From NCBI GenBank assembly GCA_951812955.1, contig OX638340.1, positions 3,008,001 through 3,072,000 on the forward strand: 64,000 nucleotides of DNA, in the 5' to 3' direction. Of the stretch, positions 43,855-54,642 are shown piece after piece. The position numbers were made by a program, and so were the translations under genes. The notes under the pieces were generated by a model, which was not told where the DNA came from, made no database searches, and was given only the letters and a program-made list of their open reading frames with translations. Every line of letters begins with the position of its first letter. Position 1 is the first letter of the stretch. The stretch comes from an uncultured Gemmatimonadota bacterium. GTDB lineage: Bacteria > JAAXHH01.

Positions 43855-44148
43855 TCAAGCGCTCGTGTACAGGTCGATCATGTCTCCGTCGGCAAGTTTC
43901 ACGATGGCCTTCTTCCAGTCGGGACGCCGGCCCTCGAAACGGCCGAGACGCTTCACCTTGCCCTTCATGCGAAGCGTACGCACGGACTCGACCCGTACGT
44001 CGAAAATCTCCTCGATGGCCCGTTTGATTTCCAGTTTGTTCACATCCCTGGCCACTTCGAACACGTACTTGTTCTGCTCTTCCTGAAGGACATGGTTCTT
44101 TTCCGTTACCAGGGGCCGCGCCACGATGGCGCGCGGATCTTTCGTCAT
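43855..44148 (-). CDS. rplW: 50S ribosomal protein L23
   Basis: 97 aa. ..[38 protein letters not shown].. Confidence 0.93.
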   Translation of the reverse strand: MTKDPRAIVARPLVTEKNHVLQEEQNKYVFEVARDVNKLEIKRAIEEIFDVRVESVRTLRMKGKVKRLGRFEGRRPDWKKAIVKLADGDMIDLYTSA

Positions 44149-44786
44149 GATTTCAACGCCTCCTCTACCTGCTTCAGCCCCTCGCGGGTAAAGATCAGGC
44201 AGTCGCTGCGCAGTATCTCATGCACGTGAGCGTCCGAGGCCACGTTGATGCGTACGTCGGGAATGTTCCGACATGACTTGTACACTGCGTCGTCGTTTCG
44301 GTCCATGAGGACCAGGCACTTCCGGTCGTTCACGTGCATGTTCGAAAGCACGGAAACCATCTGCCGGGTCTTGGGCGCATCGAACTCAAGCGAATCGATT
44401 ACGAGTACCGAACCGCTCTGCGCCCGCGTCGAAAGCACGGACTTCAGCGCGAGCCGGCGCACCTTTTTCGGGATCTCGTAACGGTAACTGCGGGGCGTGG
44501 GCCCGTGAGCCCTCCCACCCCCGATGCGGGTCGGGGACCGTCGGGAGCCCATGCGCGCCCGGCCAAGGCCCTTCTGCCGAAACATCTTCTTGCTGGTATA
44601 GGACACTTCCGACCGGGTTTGCGCGCTGGCCGTTCCCTGGCGCTGGTTGGCACGGTACATTTTCTCAGCTTCATACATGGCGTGGGCGTTGGCGGATATG
44701 CCGAAGACCGATTCTTCAAGATCGATCTGACCCTGTTCCGTCCCGTCGCTGTTGAACAATCTCGCTACCGGCATGATTTCTCCCAC
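44145..44786 (-). CDS. rplD: 50S ribosomal protein L4
   Basis: 213 aa. ..[28 protein letters not shown].. Confidence 0.93.
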   Translation of the reverse strand: MGEIMPVARLFNSDGTEQGQIDLEESVFGISANAHAMYEAEKMYRANQRQGTASAQTRSEVSYTSKKMFRQKGLGRARMGSRRSPTRIGGGRAHGPTPRSYRYEIPKKVRRLALKSVLSTRAQSGSVLVIDSLEFDAPKTRQMVSVLSNMHVNDRKCLVLMDRNDDAVYKSCRNIPDVRINVASDAHVHEILRSDCLIFTREGLKQVEEALKS

Positions 44787-44815
44787 CTTAGCCTTCCAGG
44801 TCCCGCGCCGAATGC

Positions 44816-45448
44816 TTACCCGGCACGGTTGATCAATACGTATCCGTTCCTGTGGCCCGGGACCGCTCCCTTGACCAGTAGGATGTTTTTCTCGGCGTCC
44901 ACGCCGATTACCTGCAGGTTCCGGACCGTCACGCGCTTGTTGCCCATCCGGCCGCCCATACGGGTTCCCTTGAAAACCTTGGACGGCGTCGCGCTCTGTC
45001 CGATCGATCCCGGATGGCGCACGCGGTCGCTCTGTCCCCGGGTCTTGTCGCCGCCCCGGAAACCATGTCGTTTAACGACGCCCTGGAATCCCCGTCCCTT
45101 GAAATATCCCGTCACGTTCACGAGCTCGCCGGTCTCGAAAATGCCGGCGCCGAACACCTGACCGGTTTCACAGGACTGGACATCGTCCACCGCGACCTCG
45201 CGAACGACCCGCTGCGGATCGACCTTCGCCTTCTTGAAGTGGCCTTTAAGCGGCCCGGTAGTCTGCTTTTCCTTCTTCGGGTCGAATCCGATCTGGGCCG
45301 CCTCGTAGCCGTCCCGTTCCAGCGTCTTTACCTGGGTGACGTAGCACGGCCCTGCTTCGATCACCGTGACAGGTACCGCGTCGCCGTTCTCGGCAAAGAC
45401 CTGGCTCATCCCGATTTTTCTTCCGATCAGTCCGTCGAGACTGCTCAT
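44816..45448 (-). CDS. rplC: 50S ribosomal protein L3
   Basis: 210 aa. ..GLIGRKIGMSQVFAENGDAVPVTVIEAGPC.. Confidence 0.95.
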   Translation of the reverse strand: MSSLDGLIGRKIGMSQVFAENGDAVPVTVIEAGPCYVTQVKTLERDGYEAAQIGFDPKKEKQTTGPLKGHFKKAKVDPQRVVREVAVDDVQSCETGQVFGAGIFETGELVNVTGYFKGRGFQGVVKRHGFRGGDKTRGQSDRVRHPGSIGQSATPSKVFKGTRMGGRMGNKRVTVRNLQVIGVDAEKNILLVKGAVPGHRNGYVLINRAG

Positions 45449-45459
45449 CGTAGAAACTC

Positions 45460-45777
45460 CTACACCCTGATTTCCACGTCCACGCCGGCGGGCAGGTCCA
45501 GCTTCAGGAGCGCGTCCACCGTCTGCTGTGACGTGTCATAGATATCGATAAGCCGCTTGTGCACACGCGTTTCGAACTGTTCCCGTGATTTCTTGTCAAT
45601 AAAGGGAGAGCGCAGGACGGTATATACGGTTCGTTTCGTCGGCAGCGGTATCGGTCCCATGACCCGGGCGCCGGCCCGCTGTGCCGCCTGGGTGATTTCC
45701 CTGGCAGATTTGTCCAGCATGGCGTGGTCGCAGGCCTTCAACCTGATCCTGATCTTCTGATCCGTTTGGTTGGCCAT
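45460..45777 (-). CDS. rpsJ: 30S ribosomal protein S10
   Basis: 105 aa. ..[21 protein letters not shown].. Only 20 nt separate it from the tuf stop, so the str and S10 operons are fused. Confidence 0.95.
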   Translation of the reverse strand: MANQTDQKIRIRLKACDHAMLDKSAREITQAAQRAGARVMGPIPLPTKRTVYTVLRSPFIDKKSREQFETRVHKRLIDIYDTSQQTVDALLKLDLPAGVDVEIRV

Positions 45778-45797
45778 TGCGGCCTCCTTCTCCCCTG

Positions 45798-46988
45798 TTA
45801 CTCGATGACTTCGATGACGACGCCCGCGCCGACGGTTCTTCCGCCCTCACGAATGGCGAAGCGGAGTTCCCTGTCCATGGCGATGGGCTGCATGAGATTG
45901 ACTTCCATGTCGACGTTGTCCCCTGGCATGACCATTTCCACGCCTGCGGGCAGCGAGACCGACCCGGTCACGTCCGTGGTACGGAAGTAGAACTGGGGCC
46001 TGTAGTTGTTGAAGAAGGGCGTATGCCTTCCGCCTTCCTCCTGCTTGAGGACGTAGACCTGGGCCTTGAACCTGGTATGGGGCGTGATGGACCCGGGCTT
46101 GGCGACGACCTGTCCGCGTTCGAGGTCTTCCTTGTCCACTCCGCGCAGGAGCAGTCCGACGTTGTCGCCCGCCCTGGCGTCGTCGAGGAACTTGCGGAAC
46201 ATCTCGATGTCTGTGACGACGGTCTTGCGTGTGTCCTTGATGCCGATGATCTCGACCTCGTCGTTCTTGTTGATGACGCCGCTCTCTACGCGTCCAGTAC
46301 CGACGGTACCCCTACCCGTAATGGAGAAGACGTCCTCCACGGGCATGAGGAAGGGCCGGTCCTCGTCTCTGACCGGGGTGGGGATATATTCGTCCACGGT
46401 TTCCATGAGCTCGGCGATGGGCGCGGCGGCGTCGGATCCTGCCTCGCCTTCCATGGCCAGCAGGGCGCTCCCCCTGATCACGGGGATGTCGTCACCGGGG
46501 AAATCGTAGGAGGAGAGCAACTCTCTGACCTCGAGCTCGACGAGTTCGAGGAGCTCCTCGTCGTCGACCTGGTCGCACTTGTTCAGGAAGACGACGATGG
46601 CGGGCACGTTGACCTGCCTGGCCAGTAGGATGTGCTCGCGCGTCTGGGGCATGGGCCCGTCGGCGGCGGAGACCACCAGGATGGCGCCGTCCATCTGGGC
46701 CGCTCCGGTGATCATGTTCTTGATGTAATCGGCGTGTCCGGGACAATCCACGTGGGCGTAGTGCCGGTTGGTGGTCTCGTATTCGGCGTGGTGCACGTTG
46801 ATGGTGACGCCGCGCTCCTTCTCCTCGGGGGCGTTGTCGATCTGGTCGTAATCCTGAAACTCGGCCAGACCCTGATCCGCCAGCACCTTGGTGATGGCCG
46901 CCGTCAACGTCGTCTTGCCGTGGTCCACGTGACCGATCGTGCCGATGTTCACGTGGGTCTTGGTACGCTCGAATCTTTCCTTCGACAT
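45798..46988 (-). CDS. tuf: Elongation factor Tu (copy 1, downstream of fusA)
   Basis: 396 aa. G1 motif GHVDHGKTT, plus DCPGHADY and NKCD. It differs from copy 2 at one residue (E versus S in ..VDKE[D/S]LERGQ..). Confidence 0.97.
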   Translation of the reverse strand: MSKERFERTKTHVNIGTIGHVDHGKTTLTAAITKVLADQGLAEFQDYDQIDNAPEEKERGVTINVHHAEYETTNRHYAHVDCPGHADYIKNMITGAAQMDGAILVVSAADGPMPQTREHILLARQVNVPAIVVFLNKCDQVDDEELLELVELEVRELLSSYDFPGDDIPVIRGSALLAMEGEAGSDAAAPIAELMETVDEYIPTPVRDEDRPFLMPVEDVFSITGRGTVGTGRVESGVINKNDEVEIIGIKDTRKTVVTDIEMFRKFLDDARAGDNVGLLLRGVDKEDLERGQVVAKPGSITPHTRFKAQVYVLKQEEGGRHTPFFNNYRPQFYFRTTDVTGSVSLPAGVEMVMPGDNVDMEVNLMQPIAMDRELRFAIREGGRTVGAGVVIEVIE

Positions 46989-47015
46989 GCTACAGATCCT
47001 CCAGATAATGAACCG

Positions 47016-49154
47016 TTATGCGCCGCCGCGAATCTTCTCAAGAATCTCTTGTTTGATACTCTCGGGTACTTCCGAATAATGCGCAAACTGCATGGTGGAC
47101 ACGGCCCGTCCCTGCGTGGCTGAACGCAACGACGTCGCGTAACCGAACATCTCGCTCAAGGGAACATTGGCCGCGACGACCTGCGCGTCGGTCCGGGGAA
47201 TGATCCCGCCGATGCGTCCACGCCGCGCGTTCAGATCGCCGACCACGGCGCCCACGTATTCGCTCGGAACCGCCACTTCCACGTCCATGACCGGTTCCAA
47301 CAACGCGGGATTGCCTTTGCGCATGCCGTCCTGGAAGGCCATGGAGGCTGCCACCTTGAAGGCTACTTCGGACGAATCGACTTCATGGTAGGAACCATCG
47401 TAGAGGGTGACCTTGATGCCCTGCACCGTGTACCCGGCGAGCACGCCGTTATGCGCGGCTTCCCGCACGCCGGCCTCGACGGAAGAGATGAACTCCCGCG
47501 GGATGACCCCTCCGACAATGCCGTTCACGAATTCGACGCCGTCCCCTTCCGCCACGGGCTCCATTTCGAGCCATACGTGACCGAACTGACCCCGTCCGCC
47601 CGACTGCCGGACGAAACGCCCTTCACTCTTCACGGCCGTTCCGATGGTTTCCCGGTAGGCGACCTGGGGACGTCCCACGTTCGCTTCCACCCGGAATTCT
47701 CTCAGCATGCGGTCTACCAGGATCTCGAGGTGCAGTTCACCCATGCCTGATATGATCAACTGGCTGGTTTCTTCATCGGTATGTACGCGGAAAGTAGGAT
47801 CTTCTTCGGAGAGTTTCTGGAGGGACTGGCTGAGTTTCTCTTCGTCTGCCCGGGTCTTGGGCTCGACCGCGACGGACATCACCGGTTTGGGGAACTCCAT
47901 TGCCTCGAGGGCGATGGGCCACTCCGGGTCGCACAGTGTGTCGCCCGTCACTACGTCCTTTACGCCTACCAACGCCACGATGTCACCGGCTTCGGCGGCC
48001 TTGAGCTGTTCCCGCTTGTTGGCGTGCATCTGCAGGATCCGGCTGATTCTCTCTCGCCGGTTGGTCCGGGTATTCAGCACGTAACAACCCGCGGGAAGCG
48101 TGCCGGAATAAATCCGGTAGAACGCGAGCTTGCCGACATGGGGATCGGTCATGATCTTGAAGGCCACTCCGGAGAGCGGCGCATCGGGCAGGCTTTCCCG
48201 TGTTTCCGGTTCGCCGGTCAGCGTATTCTTACCCGAGACGGGCGGTACGTCCTGCGGCGAAGGCAGATAATCGACCACCGCGTCGAGCAGCGCCTGGACG
48301 CCCTTGTTGCGGAACGAGGAACCCACGAGGACGGGGATCAGGCTGACGGAAAGCGTGGCCCGGCGAATGGCGGCCTGCAGTTCGGAAACCGTCGGCTCCT
48401 CGCCGGCCAGGTAGATTTCCATCAGTTCCTCGTCCACCTCGGCGAGGCTCTCGATCAATTTGTTCCGGTGCCCGGCGGCATATTCGGCCAGATCGTTCGG
48501 AATATCGTGCTCTTCAAAGGTGGCGCCCATGTTGTCTTCATGGTAGCTGCGCGCCTTCATGGAGACCAGGTCGATGGACCCGGTAAACAGGTCGCCGCTG
48601 CCGATGGGGAGCTGGACCGGGATGGCGTTGGCTCCAAGCCGTTCGTGTATCATGGAGACGACCTGGTGGAAGTCCGCCCCGACGCGGTCGATCTTGTTCA
48701 CGTAGGCTATGCGGGGCACGCCGTACTTGTCGGCCTGCCGCCACACGGTCTCTGACTGCGGCTCGACGCCGCCCACGGCACAAAAAATCGCTACGGAGCC
48801 GTCGAGCACGCGCAGCGATCGTTCTACCTCGACCGTGAAGTCCACGTGGCCGGGTGTGTCGATGATATTGATCCGGTGGTCGCGCCAGAAGGATGTCGTG
48901 GCCGCGGACGTGATCGTAATGCCCCGCTCACGTTCCTGCTCCATCCAGTCCATGGTCGCGGCGCCGTCGTGTACTTCGCCCATCCTGCGCACCCGTCCCG
49001 TATAATAGAGTATACGTTCCGTGGTGGTCGTTTTCCCGGCGTCGATATGAGCCGTGATTCCGATGTTCCTGGTCTTTTCCAGGTTCGATTCGGAAGCGTG
49101 CTTGCTGGATGAAGTGGACATTTTCTCTTTTGGTTTGATCGTTGTTTCAGTCAC
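47016..49154 (-). CDS. fusA: Elongation factor G
   Basis: 712 aa. [19 protein letters not shown] and the domain II-V blocks are present. GTG start as given by the ORF track, or the downstream Met (MSTSSSKH..). It has a ~20-aa N-terminal extension relative to E. coli. Confidence 0.95.
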   Translation of the reverse strand: MTETTIKPKEKMSTSSSKHASESNLEKTRNIGITAHIDAGKTTTTERILYYTGRVRRMGEVHDGAATMDWMEQERERGITITSAATTSFWRDHRINIIDTPGHVDFTVEVERSLRVLDGSVAIFCAVGGVEPQSETVWRQADKYGVPRIAYVNKIDRVGADFHQVVSMIHERLGANAIPVQLPIGSGDLFTGSIDLVSMKARSYHEDNMGATFEEHDIPNDLAEYAAGHRNKLIESLAEVDEELMEIYLAGEEPTVSELQAAIRRATLSVSLIPVLVGSSFRNKGVQALLDAVVDYLPSPQDVPPVSGKNTLTGEPETRESLPDAPLSGVAFKIMTDPHVGKLAFYRIYSGTLPAGCYVLNTRTNRRERISRILQMHANKREQLKAAEAGDIVALVGVKDVVTGDTLCDPEWPIALEAMEFPKPVMSVAVEPKTRADEEKLSQSLQKLSEEDPTFRVHTDEETSQLIISGMGELHLEILVDRMLREFRVEANVGRPQVAYRETIGTAVKSEGRFVRQSGGRGQFGHVWLEMEPVAEGDGVEFVNGIVGGVIPREFISSVEAGVREAAHNGVLAGYTVQGIKVTLYDGSYHEVDSSEVAFKVAASMAFQDGMRKGNPALLEPVMDVEVAVPSEYVGAVVGDLNARRGRIGGIIPRTDAQVVAANVPLSEMFGYATSLRSATQGRAVSTMQFAHYSEVPESIKQEILEKIRGGA

Positions 49155-49233
49155 TGCGTTATCTACCTCATAAAGTACGGATCATCGCGAGGGATGATCC
49201 GTTTTACTGTTTCGGACTGCTAGCTATACGCCC

Positions 49234-49704
49234 TTACCACCTGTAATGGGCAAAGGCCCGGTTCGCTTCCGCCATTCTGTAGGTTTCTTCCTTGCGGCGG
49301 ACGGCGGCACCCTCTCCCCTGGCGGCGGCGGTAAACTCTCCCGCCAGGCACTCGAACATGTTTTTTTCCGATCGGGCTCTCGCGGCTTCGATGATCCAGC
49401 GAATCGCCATGGCCCGCTGCTGGTCATCCCGCACTTCCACGGGAACCTGGTAGGTCGAACCACCCACCCGGCGGGATTTGACGTAAACGACGGGGCCGAC
49501 GATCTTGATCGCCTTCTCAAACACGGGCAGCGGTTCCTGGCTCGTTCGTTCTTCGATCAGATCGAGCGCCTGATAGAATACGCGTTCCGCGATGCTCTTC
49601 TTCCCTTTGCGCATCAATCCGTTAATGAACTTGGATACCAGTACGCTGTTGTATTTCCAGTCCGGTTCCGGTTCCCGTCTTACGACTTCTTTCCTTCTTG
49701 CCAT
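49234..49704 (-). CDS. rpsG: 30S ribosomal protein S7
   Basis: 156 aa. MARRKEVVRREPEPDWKYNSVLVSKFIN.. Confidence 0.95.
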   Translation of the reverse strand: MARRKEVVRREPEPDWKYNSVLVSKFINGLMRKGKKSIAERVFYQALDLIEERTSQEPLPVFEKAIKIVGPVVYVKSRRVGGSTYQVPVEVRDDQQRAMAIRWIIEAARARSEKNMFECLAGEFTAAARGEGAAVRRKEETYRMAEANRAFAHYRW

Positions 49705-49742
49705 CTTATACTCCAGACCATCCAGCCAGGTTATTCTTCAGC

Positions 49743-50114
49743 CTACTTGGGTTTCTTGGTTCCGTATTTCGACCGGCTGTTGCGCCGGTCGGGCACTCCG
49801 CTGGCATCCAGCGCACCGCGGATGATATGGTACCGCACACCGGGCAGATCCTTGACCCGGCCGCCCCTCACCAGAACGATGTTATGTTCCTGGAGGTTGT
49901 GGCTTTCGCCCGGGATGTAACAGGTGGCTTCGATGCCGTTCATCAGGCGTACGCGGGCGATTTTCCTTAACGCCGAATTCGGTTTCTTGGGCGTCTGCGT
50001 CTTCACCTGCAGGCAGTTGCCCCGTTTTTGGGGACTTCCGCGCAATGCGGGTGATTTCGTCTTTCGCTGCGATTTCTTCCGACCGTGGCGAATAAGTTGA
50101 TTTATCGTGGGCAT
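49743..50114 (-). CDS. rpsL: 30S ribosomal protein S12
   Basis: 123 aa. [32 protein letters not shown].. and the [10 protein letters not shown] streptomycin-region motif. Confidence 0.95.
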   Translation of the reverse strand: MPTINQLIRHGRKKSQRKTKSPALRGSPQKRGNCLQVKTQTPKKPNSALRKIARVRLMNGIEATCYIPGESHNLQEHNIVLVRGGRVKDLPGVRYHIIRGALDASGVPDRRNSRSKYGTKKPK

Positions 50115-50254
50115 TTCCGCCTAACCTTCCCTGTTGCAACGACCCGACAAGCCAGTAACGCGTGGGTTTTCGAGGTCCGTATAAACCGTATTCCCCCCAA
50201 AAAACCATAGGTGAGGAAATTTAACCTGTTCCTCTAGTTGTGTCAAGCGTTTTT

Positions 50255-50296
50255 GGAAAAAAACGAGCGTCGCCAGCATCAGCATCCCGGCGACGC
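50255..50296 (-). terminator. Intrinsic terminator after rpoC
   Basis: 8-bp GC stem gcgtcgcc / ggcgacgc with a 14-nt loop. On the minus strand it is followed by UCGUUUUUUUCC (plus-strand ggaaaaaaacga at 50251-50262). It lies ~30 nt 3' of the rpoC stop. Confidence 0.6.
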
Positions 50297-50322
50297 CCGG
50301 TCATCGCCTTCTCCTGCCCTCG

Positions 50323-53300
50323 TCAGGCTGTTTTTACGGGCGGCGTCTCGGCCTCGGCCACCTTCGGCACGGTTGCGGCCTCCGCATCGCCGTTCACAGA
50401 TTCCGCGTCGAAAAGAGGCTCCACCTCAATGGACGGAGGCTCGATCTCATTGCCCTTTTCGTCAACAAGCCGCATCTGGCCGTACCGGTCGAGTCCGGTA
50501 CCCGCGGGAATCAGGTGCCCCATGATTACGTTTTCCTTCAGGCCGAGGAGCGAGTCTCTCTTGCCCTGAATGGCCGCTTCGGTCAACACGCGTGTCGTTT
50601 CCTGGAAAGCTGCCGCGGAGACGAAACTTTCGGTACTGAGCGCCGCCTTGGCGATACCCAGCAGCAGCGGCTGGTTCGTCGCCGGGTCGCCGCCTTCGCG
50701 CAGCACGCGGTCGTTCTCCGACTGGAATCGGGTACGGTCCACGGCCTCGCCCTTGAGAAACTCCGTGTCGCCCGGGTCGTCCACCTTGACCTTCTGGAGC
50801 ATCTGGCGGACGATGACTTCCACGTGCTTGTCGTTGATGCTCACGCCCTGCATGCGGTATACTTCCTGGATCTGGTTGACCAGGTATTCCTGCACGGCGT
50901 TCACGCCCTGGATTTCGAGAATGTCATGGGGGTCGATCGAACCTTCAGACAGGGGTTCTCCCGCCTGTACCCGGTCGCCGTCCCGCACGCTGAGATGCCG
51001 TCCCTGGGGGATCAGGTACTCCTGTTCCGAACCGTCGTCGGCGCGAACGAGGAGGCGATGGGAACGCCGGACGATGCCGGCGACTTTGACGACGCCGTCC
51101 ACTTTCGCAACCGTGGCCGGATCGCGGGGCCGGCGCGCCTCGAAGAGTTCGGCGACGCGCGGCAGACCGCCGGTGATATCCCGGGTTTTACCAATGGAGC
51201 GCGGTATGCGCGCGAGGACCTCACCGGGCTGCACGTAAGTGCGTTCGGTATTGTTCTGGTCCGTGAACTCCGTGATGAGCAGGTGGGCCCCGGTGGGCAG
51301 GTTGTATTCGTCTTTCATCTTGCCCTCGGCGTCCGCGATATAGATGCGCGGATGGAGCGCCCTCGATCCCCGGTTCTCCGTTATCACCTTCTGACGCATG
51401 CCCGTGGTTTCGTCCAGCTGTTCACGCAGCGTCTCTCCCGCCACGACGTCTTCCAGTTGCACGTGGCCGGCCTGTACCGCAATGATCGGTATGTTGTAGG
51501 GGTTCCACTCGAACAGGGCCTGGTTTTCCTCGACGACCTCTCCATCCTTCGTGAGCATGACCGCTCCATAAGGGATGAAGAAATGGGCCCGACGGTTTCC
51601 GTCGGCGTCGAGGATGGTGATCTCGCCCGCCCGTCCGATGACGACCGGGAGGCCGTTCTCCTGGGTGACGGTCTCGACCGCTGTAAAGACGGCCTTGCCT
51701 GCCTGCTTCGTGGTGATCTTGTTCTGCGTGGCGTCGCGGCTGGCGATTCCGCCGATGTGGAATGTGCGGAGCGTCAGCTGCGTACCCGGTTCGCCGATGC
51801 TCTGGGCCGCCATGACGCCGACGGCCTCGCCCATTTCCACCATGAAGCCCGTGGCGAGGTTCCGGCCGTAACACCGGGCGCAAACGCCGCGCCTGGTCTC
51901 GCAGGTCAGGACGGACCGGATGTGCACAGTTTCGCTCATCTCAGCATCCGGATCGGAAGCGTACTGAACGCCGCCGCGTTGTTCGATGAGGTCGGCGACT
52001 TCCTCGTTGATCTCTTCGCCGGCGGCCGTAAGCAGTTCCCGCGTGATAGGATCGTAGATGTCATCCAGCACGACCCTGCCGAGAACCCGGTCGCCCAGCG
52101 GTTCCATCACGTTTTCGCCTTCTTTCAGGGCGCCGATTTCGATGCCGCGGATCGTGCCGCAGTCCACTTCGTTTATGATCACGTTCTGCGCCACGTCCAC
52201 CAGGCGCCGGGTCAGGTATCCGGCATCCGCGGTCTTGAGGGCCGTGTCGGCGAGCCCCTTGCGGCCGCCGTGGCTGGATGTGAAATACTCGAGTACCGAC
52301 AAACCTTCCTTGAGATTGGACAGGATGGGCGTTTCGATATACTCGCCGATCTGGCCGACGACTTTCCGCTGGGGCTTGGCCATGAGTCCGCGCATGCCGC
52401 ATAACTGCCCCACCTGGTCCAGCTTGCTCCTTGCGCCGGAGGCCATCATCATGTAGAAGGGATTGAAGCCGTCGTCCGAGTCCGCCAGCGTGGTTTCGAC
52501 GGCTTCGTTGAGCTTGGTCCGGGTGTGCTGCCACACGTCGATCACCTTGTTGTACCGCTCGCCCTCGGTGATGGCGTGGCCCTCGTACTGGTCCTGGATA
52601 GACTGCACCTCCGACGCTGCGTCCTGGATCATCTGCGCCTTCTCGTCCGGGATGACCACGTCGTCGATTCCCGATGTCAGGCCGGAAAGGGTCGCGTAGT
52701 GGAATCCCAAGCGCTTGATTTCGTCCAGGAGGACGCACGTGCGGTAATTGCCCAGTTGGCGGTACACGTCGGCCACCATGTTTCGTATGGCCGCGCTGTC
52801 GAATACCTCGTTCTGGAAGCCGATCTCCGGCGGCAGTATCTGGTTGAAGATGACCCGTCCGACGGTCGTCTCGATCATCTTCCCTTCGAGCCGCAGCCTG
52901 ATGATGGCATGAATGTCCACGAGGTCGTTGTCGAAGGCGAGCATCACCTCGGAAACGCTTGCGAACACCTTGCCTTCACCCCGGCAGTCCTTGAGTTCCT
53001 TGGTCAGGTAGTAACATCCCAGGACAATGTCCTTGCTGGGTGAGCAAATCGGTTGCCCGTTTTTCGGATCGAGGATGTTGTTGGAAGACAGCATCAGCAC
53101 CCGCGCTTCGATCTGGGCCTCGAAGGACATGGGGACGTGCACCGGCATCTGATCGCCGTCGAAGTCCGCGTTGAAGGCTTCGCATACCAGGGGGTGGATG
53201 CGGATGGCCTTGCCTTCCACAAGCACCGGCATGAATGCCTGGATACCCAGCCTGTGCAGGGTAGGCGCCCGGTTCAGCAGGACCGGATGGTCCTTGATGA

Positions 53301-54543
53301 TTTCTTCCAGGATGTCCCACACTTCGGGCTCTTCCCGTTCCACGATCTTCTTCGCGCTCTTGACCGTCTGTACGAAGCCCCGGTCTTCCAGCCGCTGGAT
53401 GATGAAGGGCTTGAAGAGTTCCAGGGCGATGTTCTTGGGAAGCCCGCACTGGTGGATCTTGAGCTCGGGTTCCACCACGATCACGGAACGGCCCGAGTAG
53501 TCCACCCGCTTGCCGAGCAGGTTCTGGCGAAACCGCCCCTGCTTGCCCTTGAGCAGATCCGAGAGGGACTTCAGGGACCTGTTCCCGTCGCCCCGGACGG
53601 CCCGCGAACGCCTGCCGTTGTCGAGCAGCGCGTCCACTGCTTCCTGCAGCATCCGCTTCTCATTGCGCAGGATGACGTCCGGCGCGCGGATATCGAGCAG
53701 TTTCTTGAGCCGATTGTTCCGGTTGATGACGCGACGATAAAGGTCGTTGAGATCCGAGGTGGCGAACCTTCCGCCTTCCAGGGGTACCAGCGGTCGCAAG
53801 TCGGGAGGAATGACCGGCAGCACTTCCATGATCATCCATTCGGGCCGGTTGCCGTCGGAGTCCGGTCCGTTGGAGTTCCGGAAAGCCTCGACCACCTTCA
53901 GCCGTTTCAGCGCGTCGTTTTTCCGCTGTACCGACGTTTCCATCCGTACACGGGTCCGCAGTTCGACGGAAAGTTCCTCGATGTCGATCTCGGAGAGCAG
54001 ACGGCGCAGGGCGCCCGCGCCCATGTCCGCCTCGAATTCGTGCCCCGCCTCCTCGAGATCCATGAAGGTGTCCTGGTCGATGATCTCGCCCATCTGGTAG
54101 TCGGTGTCTCCAGGGTCCAGCATGACGTAGGACTCGTAGTAGATCACGCGTTCCAGGTTCCGGATGGAAAGGTTCAGCAGGTTGCCGATACGGCTGGGGG
54201 GCGACTTGAAATACCAGATATGGCATACGGGAACGGCCAGCTCGATGTGCCCGAGCCGTTCACGCCTCACCTTCGCCTGCGTGACTTCCACGCCGCAACG
54301 GTCGCATATGACGCCGCGGTACCGGATCCGCTTGTATTTCCCGCAGTTGCACTCCCAGTCCTTCACGGGACCGAAGGTGCGCTCGCAGAACAAGCCGTCG
54401 CGTTCCGGTTTGAAGGTTCGGTAGTTTATGGTCTCCGGTTTCGTCACTTCCCCGTAGGACCATCTGCGGATCGTTTCGGGGGAGGCCAACTGTATCCGGA
54501 TCGAGGCGCGTTTCTTGGGCTGCTTGTGCATTAGATCGACCAC
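50323..54543 (-). CDS. rpoC: DNA-directed RNA polymerase subunit beta'
   Basis: Start proposed at the GTG ([53 protein letters not shown]..) with an AGGAGG SD 8 nt upstream. The track ORF start at 54591 lacks an SD. Zn-binding [23 protein letters not shown] and the catalytic NADFDGD motif are present. Confidence 0.95.
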   Translation of the reverse strand: MVDLMHKQPKKRASIRIQLASPETIRRWSYGEVTKPETINYRTFKPERDGLFCERTFGPVKDWECNCGKYKRIRYRGVICDRCGVEVTQAKVRRERLGHIELAVPVCHIWYFKSPPSRIGNLLNLSIRNLERVIYYESYVMLDPGDTDYQMGEIIDQDTFMDLEEAGHEFEADMGAGALRRLLSEIDIEELSVELRTRVRMETSVQRKNDALKRLKVVEAFRNSNGPDSDGNRPEWMIMEVLPVIPPDLRPLVPLEGGRFATSDLNDLYRRVINRNNRLKKLLDIRAPDVILRNEKRMLQEAVDALLDNGRRSRAVRGDGNRSLKSLSDLLKGKQGRFRQNLLGKRVDYSGRSVIVVEPELKIHQCGLPKNIALELFKPFIIQRLEDRGFVQTVKSAKKIVEREEPEVWDILEEIIKDHPVLLNRAPTLHRLGIQAFMPVLVEGKAIRIHPLVCEAFNADFDGDQMPVHVPMSFEAQIEARVLMLSSNNILDPKNGQPICSPSKDIVLGCYYLTKELKDCRGEGKVFASVSEVMLAFDNDLVDIHAIIRLRLEGKMIETTVGRVIFNQILPPEIGFQNEVFDSAAIRNMVADVYRQLGNYRTCVLLDEIKRLGFHYATLSGLTSGIDDVVIPDEKAQMIQDAASEVQSIQDQYEGHAITEGERYNKVIDVWQHTRTKLNEAVETTLADSDDGFNPFYMMMASGARSKLDQVGQLCGMRGLMAKPQRKVVGQIGEYIETPILSNLKEGLSVLEYFTSSHGGRKGLADTALKTADAGYLTRRLVDVAQNVIINEVDCGTIRGIEIGALKEGENVMEPLGDRVLGRVVLDDIYDPITRELLTAAGEEINEEVADLIEQRGGVQYASDPDAEMSETVHIRSVLTCETRRGVCARCYGRNLATGFMVEMGEAVGVMAAQSIGEPGTQLTLRTFHIGGIASRDATQNKITTKQAGKAVFTAVETVTQENGLPVVIGRAGEITILDADGNRRAHFFIPYGAVMLTKDGEVVEENQALFEWNPYNIPIIAVQAGHVQLEDVVAGETLREQLDETTGMRQKVITENRGSRALHPRIYIADAEGKMKDEYNLPTGAHLLITEFTDQNNTERTYVQPGEVLARIPRSIGKTRDITGGLPRVAELFEARRPRDPATVAKVDGVVKVAGIVRRSHRLLVRADDGSEQEYLIPQGRHLSVRDGDRVQAGEPLSEGSIDPHDILEIQGVNAVQEYLVNQIQEVYRMQGVSINDKHVEVIVRQMLQKVKVDDPGDTEFLKGEAVDRTRFQSENDRVLREGGDPATNQPLLLGIAKAALSTESFVSAAAFQETTRVLTEAAIQGKRDSLLGLKENVIMGHLIPAGTGLDRYGQMRLVDEKGNEIEPPSIEVEPLFDAESVNGDAEAATVPKVAEAETPPVKTA

Positions 54544-54642
54544 TGGTGACACCTCCTGATCTTTATCGTATCTGCATGCTCGGGTCGGCATGTCGGCGGC
54601 CCGAGTCCTGTCGGGAACTCCATGGGTGAGGTGCTAACCGTT

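Noticed and set aside
45596-45850. 84-aa [22 protein letters not shown]..., duplicated at 61661-61906
   Set aside because: It is the antisense read-through of the tuf 3' end. It is duplicated only because tuf is duplicated.
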